From: a bacterium
Lineage (GTDB): Bacteria; Patescibacteriota; Minisyncoccia; Phycocordibacterales; UBA6065
Assembly (NCBI GenBank): GCA_030680695.1
Contig: JAUXUT010000149.1
Span: 39,801 to 103,800 of the forward strand
Reading direction: 5' to 3'
Length of the DNA stretch: 64,000 nucleotides
The number at the start of each line of letters is the position of its first letter. The first letter of the stretch is position 1. Below the pieces are notes generated by a model. The model saw only the letters and a program-made list of their open reading frames with translations. It was not told the origin of the DNA and searched no databases. The translations under genes were made by a program, and so were the position numbers. Below, piece by piece: positions 56,110 to 64,000 of the stretch.

Positions 56110-57822
56110 ATGAGCATACTCGACTCACTCGTACAGAAGAAGCTCATAGATAAGAAGGAAGCCGCATCGGTGTCAGAAGAGGCGCGTCTGACGGGCGAGA
56201 CGCTCGAACAGGTCCTAAAGAAGAAAGGTGTTAAAGATATGGATGTGCTCGAAGCCAAGGGCGAATATTTAGGCATCCCAGTCAGGTCACTCAAGGACCA
56301 AAACATTCCGTTCGATATATTGAAATACATCCCGGAAGAATCAGCTCTTCATTATCGATTCATACCAATTGCGGTAAGAGATAATGTTCTTGAGGTTGGA
56401 GCTGTTGATCCGGATGATATCGAAGTCCGCGACGCTCTCAACTTCATTGCCGCCAAAGTCGGCATGCCTTTCAAGGCATTTCTTATATCAGAAGAAGATT
56501 TTTCAGAGGCCATTGGCTTGTACAAAGGTCTGTCTGGCGAGGTGACCCGTGCTCTCGACGAGCTCGAGACCGACATTGCTGGTGTCGAAATCGAGCCAAG
56601 TGCAGAGATACACAAAAGTGAGTCCAAGCAGGGAACCACTATCATCGAAGACGCGCCGGTAACAAAAATTGTGGCGACGATATTGCGCTATGCGGCCGAA
56701 GGCCAGGCATCTGATATTCACGTTGAACGCCTTGTAGACAAGGTTCGTGTGCGTTTCCGTGTCGATGGAGACCTTCATACTTCGCTCGTACTTCCAGTCA
56801 AGGTTCATGATGCTGTGGTCGCTCGTATAAAAATACTCTCGAACATGAAGCTCGACGAGAAACGCAAACCACAAGACGGGCGATTCTCTGCTCGCATTGA
56901 AGGGCGCAAGATAGATTTCCGTGTGTCCACATTCCCAGCTTATTACGGTGAGAAGGTGGTGATGCGAATTCTCGATTCCGAAAAAGGCGTTCGTTCGTTG
57001 GATGAGATTGGATTCTCGCCAAGGAACCTCGAGGCGATTCGCCGTGCAATGGCCCGTCCATACGGATTAATTCTCATATCTGGACCAACAGGATCCGGAA
57101 AATCTACGACACTTTACGCCATGCTAAAAGAAATTAACGATGAGTCCAAGAACATCTTATCTCTCGAAGACCCGATTGAATACAACATGGAGGGCGTTTC
57201 ACAGTCACAGGTAAGGCCAGAAATCGGATATACATTTGCATCTGGACTACGCACAACCCTTCGACAGGATCCAGATATCATCATGGTGGGAGAAATTCGT
57301 GATAAAGAGACGGCGGCACTGGCAATCCAGGCGGCCCTCACAGGACATCTCGTCCTTTCAACCATTCACACCAACAACGTCTTTGGTGTCGTGCCACGCC
57401 TTATTGACATGGGTGTAGATCCCTACCTTATCGCGCCGACACTTATTCTTTCTATGGCCCAGCGCCTTGCAGCTAAAATTTGCGAGGGTGGGGGAGAGAT
57501 TACGGTCGAAGGTGCTCTGGCTATGCAGGTCGAGAAACAGTTCGCTGACTTACCAGCTGAGTTCAAGAAAGACATTGTCATTCCGGAGGTCGTGTACGAG
57601 CCAAAACCATCAGGCGTCTGTCCTAACGGCGTTCGCGGTCGAATGGCAGTGGCGGAAGTACTCGAGAAGGATCGTGAGCTCGAGCGCCTTATCCTTTCTA
57701 ATGCAGGTGAGGAGGTTATATATAAGTATGCTCGAGGCAAGGGCATGTTATCAATGAAGGAAGATGCCATGCTGAAGGCGTTCAGGGGCGAGATACCGTG
57801 GGGAGAAGTGAACAAGCTCTAG
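56110..57822 (+). CDS. pilB: Type IV pilus assembly ATPase PilB (GspE family)
   Basis: N-terminal GSPII_E_N domain, Walker A ISGPTGSGKSTTL, Asp and His boxes, C-terminal Cys cluster. Confidence 0.9.
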   Translation: MSILDSLVQKKLIDKKEAASVSEEARLTGETLEQVLKKKGVKDMDVLEAKGEYLGIPVRSLKDQNIPFDILKYIPEESALHYRFIPIAVRDNVLEVGAVDPDDIEVRDALNFIAAKVGMPFKAFLISEEDFSEAIGLYKGLSGEVTRALDELETDIAGVEIEPSAEIHKSESKQGTTIIEDAPVTKIVATILRYAAEGQASDIHVERLVDKVRVRFRVDGDLHTSLVLPVKVHDAVVARIKILSNMKLDEKRKPQDGRFSARIEGRKIDFRVSTFPAYYGEKVVMRILDSEKGVRSLDEIGFSPRNLEAIRRAMARPYGLILISGPTGSGKSTTLYAMLKEINDESKNILSLEDPIEYNMEGVSQSQVRPEIGYTFASGLRTTLRQDPDIIMVGEIRDKETAALAIQAALTGHLVLSTIHTNNVFGVVPRLIDMGVDPYLIAPTLILSMAQRLAAKICEGGGEITVEGALAMQVEKQFADLPAEFKKDIVIPEVVYEPKPSGVCPNGVRGRMAVAEVLEKDRELERLILSNAGEEVIYKYARGKGMLSMKEDAMLKAFRGEIPWGEVNKL

Positions 57823-57852
57823 AATCGACGTGATATAATCATTGATACAAAT

Positions 57853-58245
57853 ATGGAAAATAAAGGAAAAGTTCTCATAGTTGACGACGACAAGTTCCTC
57901 CTCGGGATGTACTCGTTGAAGTTCTCGAATAATGGTTACGATGTCGACACTTCGGTTGGATCTGTTCCAGCTCTCGAGAAACTGCGAGATGGGGCAAAGC
58001 CAGATATCGTCTTGCTCGACATCATCATGCCGCACATGACCGGCCTTGAGCTTCTAAAGACTATGCGTGATGAAAACCTCGCCCCTGGAGCGATTATCGT
58101 GATGCTCACAAACCAGAGCGCGTCGTCTGATATCGAAACAGCAAAGGAATTGAAGGTAGATGGTTATATCGTTAAGGCTGCGACTATTCCATCCGAGGTT
58201 CTTCGCGAGGTAGAGAAAATCGCAGCGGCAAAGAACGGCAAGTAA
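57853..58245 (+). CDS. Response regulator, receiver domain only (CheY/PilH-like)
   Basis: KVLIVDDD...DIVLLDIIMP...K motifs. Confidence 0.8.
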   Translation: MENKGKVLIVDDDKFLLGMYSLKFSNNGYDVDTSVGSVPALEKLRDGAKPDIVLLDIIMPHMTGLELLKTMRDENLAPGAIIVMLTNQSASSDIETAKELKVDGYIVKAATIPSEVLREVEKIAAAKNGK

Positions 58246-58263
58246 GGGCTTTAAAATATCATC

Positions 58264-59328
58264 ATGGCAAACGATTATAAAAAAGAGTTCGAAGAGCTCG
58301 TGGGTGTGGTGGTTAAGGAGTCCGCATCGGACCTTCACATCTCGACAGGGCGCTATCCGACTATTCGTGTCGGCGGCTTCCTTATACCGCTCATGAACAA
58401 GAAGACCATCACCGAAGAGGATACCGAAGGCTTCATGTCCGTCGTTATTACTCCTGAGGATCGCGCGCTCTTTCTTAAGAACAAAGAAATAGACTTTTCA
58501 TACAGCACCAAGGAGGCACGTTTTCGTGGCAACGGATTCTTCCAGCAAGGAACGATTTCATTTGCTTTTCGTCTCATTCCAAAACAAATAAGGACCTTCG
58601 AGGAGCTCAACTTGCCGAAGGCAATCGAACAGTTCTGCGACATGCAACAGGGCTTCTTCCTTGTTGTGGGTCCAGTGGGACACGGCAAGACCACCACTTT
58701 GGCTGCTATGGTCGAACGCATCAACCAGACCCGCGCTGAACATATTGTCACCATCGAAGACCCAATCGAATATATATACGAGCAAAAGAAGTCTGTTATT
58801 GACCAACGTGAGGTGCGCATAGACACCCATGACTTTGCGGCCGCACTTCGATCAATATTCCGTCAGGACGTGGATGTGATACTCATCGGCGAGATGCGTG
58901 GCAATGACACCATGGCAACCGCGGTGACCGCAGCAGAGACCGGACATCTCGTTCTCTCGACTTTGCACACTAACAACGCGGCACAGACTATAAACCGCAT
59001 TATTGACTCGTTCCCTGGCTCGCAACAAGATCAGATCCGTATTCAACTATCGAGCACACTTTCAGGCATATTCTCACAACGCCTCGTGCCGCGTATATCC
59101 GGTGGGCTTGTTCCGGCATATGAGCTCCTCATCACGAACCCAGCTGTGCAGAATCTTATCCGTGAGAAGCGCGTACACGAGATAAATACCGTAATCGAAA
59201 CTGGCGCCGAGCTTGGTATGATTGACATGAACCGATCTCTCGCTGACCTTGTAAGAAGAGGGGAGATAACCGTCGAGAACGCCTACCTGTATTCGCCTAA
59301 TCCTAAGATTCTCGAACGCCTCATCTAG
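58264..59328 (+). CDS. pilT: Twitching-motility retraction ATPase PilT
   Basis: Walker A GPVGHGKTTTLAAM, ~350 aa, lacks the N1 domain. Confidence 0.9.
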   Translation: MANDYKKEFEELVGVVVKESASDLHISTGRYPTIRVGGFLIPLMNKKTITEEDTEGFMSVVITPEDRALFLKNKEIDFSYSTKEARFRGNGFFQQGTISFAFRLIPKQIRTFEELNLPKAIEQFCDMQQGFFLVVGPVGHGKTTTLAAMVERINQTRAEHIVTIEDPIEYIYEQKKSVIDQREVRIDTHDFAAALRSIFRQDVDVILIGEMRGNDTMATAVTAAETGHLVLSTLHTNNAAQTINRIIDSFPGSQQDQIRIQLSSTLSGIFSQRLVPRISGGLVPAYELLITNPAVQNLIREKRVHEINTVIETGAELGMIDMNRSLADLVRRGEITVENAYLYSPNPKILERLI

Positions 59329-59342
59329 TATTTCGAACAGCT

Positions 59343-60557
59343 ATGCCACTATTCAACTACAACGCAATAGATCAAGCAGGATCAGAATCGAAGGGATCAA
59401 TCGACACGATATCTCTCGATGTCGCGATTGCATCATTGCAACGACGCGGATTGGTTATTAAATCAATTGACCCTGCAGACGCGACCGGTTCCATTTTCTC
59501 GAAAGAGTTCGCCCTATTTTCTGGTGTATCGTCGAAAGACGTGGTCGTTTTGTCTCGTCAGCTCTCAACGCTATTCGAGGCACAGGTTTCCGCATTACGC
59601 ATTTTCCGTCTCCTTGCTTCCGAATCCGAAAATCCAACACTTGGAAAGGCGCTCACCCAGGTCGCTGACGATCTTCAGGCAGGATCATCTATATCAAAGG
59701 CACTTTCCAAACATCCAAAAATCTTCTCCGATTTCTATGTGAATATGGTGAAGTCTGGCGAGGAATCAGGAAAGCTCGATGAAATATTCGTGTTCCTTGC
59801 AGATCACCTCGATCGAACGTATGAAGTTAACTCAAAAGCAAGAAATGCTCTCATATATCCAGCTTTCGTTATATTCACTTTCGTGGTGGTGATGGCTCTG
59901 ATGCTCACTGTTGTTATTCCAAAAATCAGTACGATACTCACTGACTCTGGACAGGACATACCTCTTTATACCCAAGTGGTCATCGGTCTATCGCAGTTTT
60001 TGGTGAGCTACGGCTTGTTCATAGTAGTCGCCTTCATCGTTGGTGGATTCTTCCTGTGGCGATTCCTTGGTACAGAGGCGGGCAAGTTGTCGCTCGATTC
60101 CGCCAAGATCAATACTCCTTTCGTGAGGAATCTTTATCGCAAGCTCTACCTTTCGCGCATCGCCGATAACATGAATACCATGCTCTCATCTGGTATACCT
60201 ATGGTGCGCGCACTCGAACTTACTTCTGGTGTGGTCGGAAACAGCATATATAAACGCATTCTCGATGAAGGGACCGAGGCGGTAAAGGGAGGACGAACGG
60301 TTTCAGATGCTCTTGGTAACAGGAAAGAAATACCAGGCATCATGATTCAGATGATTAAAGTAGGTGAGGAATCCGGTGAGCTCGGAAAGATATTGAAAAC
60401 CTTGTCTGCGTTCTATCGCCGTGAAGTGGTGAACGCTGTCGACACACTCGTCGACCTCATTGAACCTGCTATGATCGTTCTCCTTGGCCTTGGTGTGGGA
60501 TTCCTGCTCGCATCTGTGCTCATTCCGATATACAACATCTCATCAAATATCTCGTAA
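59343..60557 (+). CDS. pilC: Type IV pilus platform protein PilC (GspF family)
   Basis: Duplicated GspF domain, three TM helices. Confidence 0.85.
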   Translation: MPLFNYNAIDQAGSESKGSIDTISLDVAIASLQRRGLVIKSIDPADATGSIFSKEFALFSGVSSKDVVVLSRQLSTLFEAQVSALRIFRLLASESENPTLGKALTQVADDLQAGSSISKALSKHPKIFSDFYVNMVKSGEESGKLDEIFVFLADHLDRTYEVNSKARNALIYPAFVIFTFVVVMALMLTVVIPKISTILTDSGQDIPLYTQVVIGLSQFLVSYGLFIVVAFIVGGFFLWRFLGTEAGKLSLDSAKINTPFVRNLYRKLYLSRIADNMNTMLSSGIPMVRALELTSGVVGNSIYKRILDEGTEAVKGGRTVSDALGNRKEIPGIMIQMIKVGEESGELGKILKTLSAFYRREVVNAVDTLVDLIEPAMIVLLGLGVGFLLASVLIPIYNISSNIS

Positions 60558-60563
60558 GTACAT

Positions 60564-60589
60564 GGGCCGCCCGGGAGGGCGGTTTTTTG
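60564..60589 (+). terminator. Intrinsic terminator after pilC
   Basis: gggccgcccgggagggcggttttttg. Confidence 0.7.
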
Positions 60590-60771
60590 TTATCCCCAGT
60601 ACTCTTAGGCATCAAAATAAGCATTTTGTATAATAGGGATACCGATTATACAGATTCGGTCGCTTCCCGGCCCGCCCAAGCGCTTGCAGTCCAGGTGCAA
60701 CAAGACGGGTTCGAGCATTTGAGCGGAGCGGGGAATCGGTTTAAAAGATTAATAACTTAATTCATATAATA

Positions 60772-61179
60772 ATGAATTCCAAGATAAAGGGTTTCACCCT
60801 CATCGAACTCCTTGTGGTCATCGCGATCATAGGAATCCTCTCGTCGGTCGTACTCGCGTCCCTTAACAGCGCACGATCGCGTGGTGCTGATGCTGCAGTC
60901 AAGTCTAATCTCGCCAACATTCGTGCGCAGGCTGAGATTTTCTATGATTCGACCAACAATAGCTACACCAACCTATGTTCGAATCCTACGGTCTTTAACA
61001 TGGTAACAGCAGCGGCAAGCGCTGGAGGATCGGCACATTGTGTTGCTTCAACCACGGGTCAGGGATGGGTTGTCAGCGCTAATCTAAAGAACCCTACTGT
61101 GACCAACGGAAAGTGGTGTGTTGACTACACTGGTGCTGCAAAGGAAGTCACCGCTACGACTAACGCGATGTGCATCTAG
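60772..61179 (+). CDS. pilA: Type IV major pilin candidate
   Basis: MNSKIKGFTLIELLVVIAIIGIL class III signal, C-terminal Cys pair; own terminator 61197-61230. Confidence 0.8.
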   Translation: MNSKIKGFTLIELLVVIAIIGILSSVVLASLNSARSRGADAAVKSNLANIRAQAEIFYDSTNNSYTNLCSNPTVFNMVTAAASAGGSAHCVASTTGQGWVVSANLKNPTVTNGKWCVDYTGAAKEVTATTNAMCI

Positions 61180-61196
61180 TCTCACACTAGAGCATC

Positions 61197-61230
61197 GAAA
61201 AAAGCCACCCGTTGCGGGTGGCTTTTTGTC
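61197..61230 (+). terminator. Intrinsic terminator after the pilin gene
   Basis: aaaaaagccacccgttgcgggtggctttttgtc. Confidence 0.7.
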
Positions 61231-61248
61231 TGTTAGAATAGATGGTAT

Positions 61249-61701
61249 ATGAAACAGAAAGGTTTTACCCTTATTGAACTCCTTGTAGTTATATCGATCA
61301 TCGCCCTACTTTCGTCTGTCGTTCTGTCAGCTCTCGGGTCGGCACGATCAAAGGCAGCCGACAATGCGGTCAAAGTCGCCATGAATCAGTTGCGTGTACA
61401 AGCCCAGGTTTATCGAGATCAGAATAACAATGCCTCTTTTGGCACGAGTGTGAATCAGGCCCCGGCTGCCGGTAGCATATGCACCTCTGGTGTTTTCGGT
61501 GACCAACGTTTCCAGCTCATACAGACGAACATTCTCGCGAACGCAGCTGCTGGTGCATCGATAACATGCACGACTGATTCGATTGGAAACCAATGGGCTT
61601 TATCTGTATCGGCTTTGAGAGGAGGTGGCACATGGTGTATCGATAACTCACAGGGCTGGTTTAAGGCTGGCACAACCAACACGAGTGGACGTTGTCAATA
61701 A
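61249..61701 (+). CDS. Type IV pilin (second)
   Basis: MKQKGFTLIELLVVISIIALL; Cys pairs. Confidence 0.8.
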   Translation: MKQKGFTLIELLVVISIIALLSSVVLSALGSARSKAADNAVKVAMNQLRVQAQVYRDQNNNASFGTSVNQAPAAGSICTSGVFGDQRFQLIQTNILANAAAGASITCTTDSIGNQWALSVSALRGGGTWCIDNSQGWFKAGTTNTSGRCQ

Positions 61702-61712
61702 ATCTAACGACC

Positions 61713-62135
61713 ATGCAAACTCCCAAGCGTTCCGGATTCACCCTCGTAGAACTCCTCATTGTTGCCGCCATCATCGGCATACTTGGGTCTATCGTCGTCG
61801 CGTCGATCAGTGGATCGAAGGAGAAGGCTCGTGATTCGCGCCGTGCCTCTGATATGCGCGAAATTCAAATCGCCCTCGCTTTGTATTACGACGTGAATAG
61901 GGTGTATCCAGATTCACTGGCGACTTTGGCAGAAGTTAACCAAAGATTCTTGCCTTCTGTGCCGAAAGATCCTTATACAGGTGCTGATTATGAGTATGTT
62001 GCTGCGGCAGGTTTCAAGAATTACTGCATCGGCGTTACATTTGAGGGATCGAAGCCTTCGGATTTACCCGACACTTCTGACTGTACGCTTTCCGGTGGTT
62101 CGACAGCAAATTATAAAGCAAGTCCACAACGATAA
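61713..62135 (+). CDS. Type IV pilin/pseudopilin (third)
   Basis: ...KRSGFTLVELLIVAAIIGIL; start may be 61692. Confidence 0.7.
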   Translation: MQTPKRSGFTLVELLIVAAIIGILGSIVVASISGSKEKARDSRRASDMREIQIALALYYDVNRVYPDSLATLAEVNQRFLPSVPKDPYTGADYEYVAAAGFKNYCIGVTFEGSKPSDLPDTSDCTLSGGSTANYKASPQR

Positions 62136-62140
62136 AATAT

Positions 62141-62959
62141 ATGCACGGAGACTATCTCGTATTCGCAATCCTTTTCATCTTCGGAGCCATCATCGGTAGT
62201 TTCCTCAATGTGGTGATATTGCGTTTTGGTACAGGTATGCCGATAGCAACTGGCCGTTCTAAATGTTTCTCGTGTGGAAAAACTTTGTCTTGGTACGAGC
62301 TCGTGCCGATTCTTAGTTTCGTTGTTCAGTGGGGAAAGTGTAGATCTTGTGGGGCGCGACTCTCGGTCCAGTATCCGATTGTTGAGCTTGCAGGGGCAGT
62401 GGCATTACCGCTCGCATATGTATCAACGACGGTTGTTTCTGGATTGACGCAGTCCCTTATACTTTTTGCGCTTCTCGCCGTTCTTCTTTTTATCTATATC
62501 GTTATTTTTGTCTACGATTTGCGCCACAAGCTCATTCCTGATGCCTTTTCTTATACTGCGGCTCTTGTTGCCCTTGCCATGATTGCGGTGAAGGGCTGGG
62601 CTTCTGGTTTCATTGATTTGTATGCAGTCATTGCGGGTCCAACATTCTTTCTTTTCTTCTTTGCTTTCTGGTATTTCTCGCAGGGAAGGTGGATGGGTCT
62701 CGGTGATGGCAAGTTGGCCTTGTCAGTTGGATGGGCGCTTGGTATTGGGGCGGGCACGGCGGCGCTTCTTTTTGCCTTTTGGATCGGGGCTATTGTCGCC
62801 TTGCTCATTATGGTTTTGCAGAGGACCGGTGTATTCAAAGGGCCAGCACTAGGATTAAGAAGCGAACTACCATTTGGGCCGTTCATTGTTATCGGATTCG
62901 TGCTTTCCCTCGCCGCACCAAGCCTTTTCCCATATCTTATGTCGCTTTTGGCGGTATAA
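62141..62959 (+). CDS. pilD: Prepilin peptidase PilD (A24 family)
   Basis: N-terminal CxxC...CxxC zinc motif (CFSCG...CRSCG) plus polytopic peptidase domain. Confidence 0.85.
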   Translation: MHGDYLVFAILFIFGAIIGSFLNVVILRFGTGMPIATGRSKCFSCGKTLSWYELVPILSFVVQWGKCRSCGARLSVQYPIVELAGAVALPLAYVSTTVVSGLTQSLILFALLAVLLFIYIVIFVYDLRHKLIPDAFSYTAALVALAMIAVKGWASGFIDLYAVIAGPTFFLFFFAFWYFSQGRWMGLGDGKLALSVGWALGIGAGTAALLFAFWIGAIVALLIMVLQRTGVFKGPALGLRSELPFGPFIVIGFVLSLAAPSLFPYLMSLLAV

Positions 62960-62969
62960 TGGATGGAGC

Positions 62970-63569
62970 ATGAAGAAAGTTACGAACATCAAAGGGTTCA
63001 CTCTCGTCGAACTTCTTGTATCAATATCTATATTCACGGTTATAACATCGGTCGCGGTGTTTAATCACGCCCAGTTCAACGGCAGCGTTCTCCTTACTAA
63101 CCTTGCTTATGAGATTGCGCTGTCAGTTCGCCAAGCACAGTTCTATGGCATTACTGTGCGTCAGAGCACAGTTATGCCAGGGGCGTTCGATTCGGGTTAT
63201 GGTATACGTTTCGATTTAGGCGAGTCCGTCACTCGATATAGTCTTTATGAGGATCGTTTGCCACAGAACCATGTTTATGACGGTGCTGGGGAGCTCTTGG
63301 AGTCTTTCCAAATCCAGAAAGGTAATCGTATATCGAAGATATTGGTGACATCTGGGTCGGGATCACCTGTGACGGCGAATATTGTCGACATTTCGTTCAT
63401 ACGACCAAATCCTGACACATACATTACGGTCGGGGGAAACACTTCCATTTTTTACTCGAAAGCAGAGATATGCGTTTCGTCACCACAGGGCTCGAGCCGC
63501 ATCATTGTGGTCGAAGCGACTGGTCAGATATCAGTTACGATAGATCAGACTGATAAATGCAGCAGCTAA
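62970..63569 (+). CDS. Pseudopilin (FimT/GspH-like minor pilin)
   Basis: MKKVTNIKGFTLVELLVSISIF class III signal; start is internal to the ORF-track ORF. Confidence 0.7.
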   Translation: MKKVTNIKGFTLVELLVSISIFTVITSVAVFNHAQFNGSVLLTNLAYEIALSVRQAQFYGITVRQSTVMPGAFDSGYGIRFDLGESVTRYSLYEDRLPQNHVYDGAGELLESFQIQKGNRISKILVTSGSGSPVTANIVDISFIRPNPDTYITVGGNTSIFYSKAEICVSSPQGSSRIIVVEATGQISVTIDQTDKCSS

Positions 63570-63571
63570 TC

Positions 63572-64000
63572 ATGACTAATTCAGATAAAAACAAAGGATT
63601 CACACTTGTCGAGGTACTCGTCGCTGTTTCGATATTCGCTATGGTGATGCTTGTTGCTACCGGGGCAGTGTTCAGCATCGTGGAGGCGAACAAGAAGACA
63701 CATTCGCTCAAGTCCGTTATGACCAACTTGAATTTCGCGCTTGAAAGCATGGCCCGTGATATGCGTGTTGGTAGTCAGTATTCATGCTCCGGCGAATGCG
63801 ACCCTGATTTCGGAACGGATGTATTTTCATACAAAGCTAATCGTAGTGTTGATGGAGATGGTGTTTACGATCCGGAAAGTTCGACCGATCGTATCGAATA
63901 CAGCTTGGATAACGGGAGGATCTTCAAGTACATTACGGGATTGTCAGCTTATCCAATAACAGCCGAAGAGATTCATATAGAGTCCCTTCGCTTTTACGCA
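63572..64000 (+). CDS. Pseudopilin (minor pilin), 3' partial at window end
   Basis: ATG at 63572; MTNSDKNKGFTLVEVLVAVSIFAMV class III signal; frame is open to the end of the window. Confidence 0.6.
   Translation, partial: MTNSDKNKGFTLVEVLVAVSIFAMVMLVATGAVFSIVEANKKTHSLKSVMTNLNFALESMARDMRVGSQYSCSGECDPDFGTDVFSYKANRSVDGDGVYDPESSTDRIEYSLDNGRIFKYITGLSAYPITAEEIHIESLRFYA

Overview
This 64-kb window looks like a small, gene-dense bacterial chromosome segment with two contrasting parts: a core at about 50-55% GC, and a roughly 24-kb low-GC (35-40%) array of mobile elements inserted next to a tRNA-Ser gene. The gene content (sortase, DUF3494 surface protein, type IV pilus and competence genes) is consistent with a Patescibacteria/Saccharibacteria-like organism, but that is inference only.

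Core genes in order:
- the tail of the ribosomal spc operon (rplO end, secY, adk, map) followed by ndk;
- an RNA-metabolising metallo-beta-lactamase nuclease and an APH-family kinase;
- rplT-rpmI-infC;
- a sortase paired with a DUF3494 surface protein;
- pyk, a YibE/F membrane protein, and zur-zupT with a palindromic operator;
- smpB followed by tmRNA (ssrA), then ftsH, a tRNA-Ile with an unusual TAT anticodon, and recG.

Downstream of tRNA-Ser(GCT) is a tandem array of three inserted elements at about 37% GC:
- E1, roughly 1 kb, carrying one gene behind a consensus promoter.
- E2, roughly 8.7 kb, carrying an extra alr and an archaeal-type proS, two unknown proteins, a methyltransferase, and a MurF-like ligase translationally coupled to a cyanophycin-synthetase-like ATP-grasp ligase. 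This is the most promising candidate for a new system.
- E3, roughly 14.3 kb, carrying a large serine recombinase with an inverted-repeat cluster, Abi_C/HEPN-like and HTH/zinc-ribbon proteins, a small modification-enzyme cassette with a frameshifted APH paralog, terS-terL, and two DNA methyltransferases (one fused to ParB).

The three elements are bounded by degenerate direct repeats copied from the 3' end of tRNA-Ser.

After the island come a DUF1428 gene with an in-frame TAA, a high-GC (about 65%) GT-A-like gene, and a complete type IV pilus / competence cluster: comF, pilM-N-O-(P), pilB, a response regulator, pilT, pilC, three pilins (one further pilin lies upstream, antisense, next to the GT-A-like gene), pilD and two pseudopilins.

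No rRNA genes or CRISPR arrays were seen. All domain and family calls rest on recognised motifs only; no database searches were possible.
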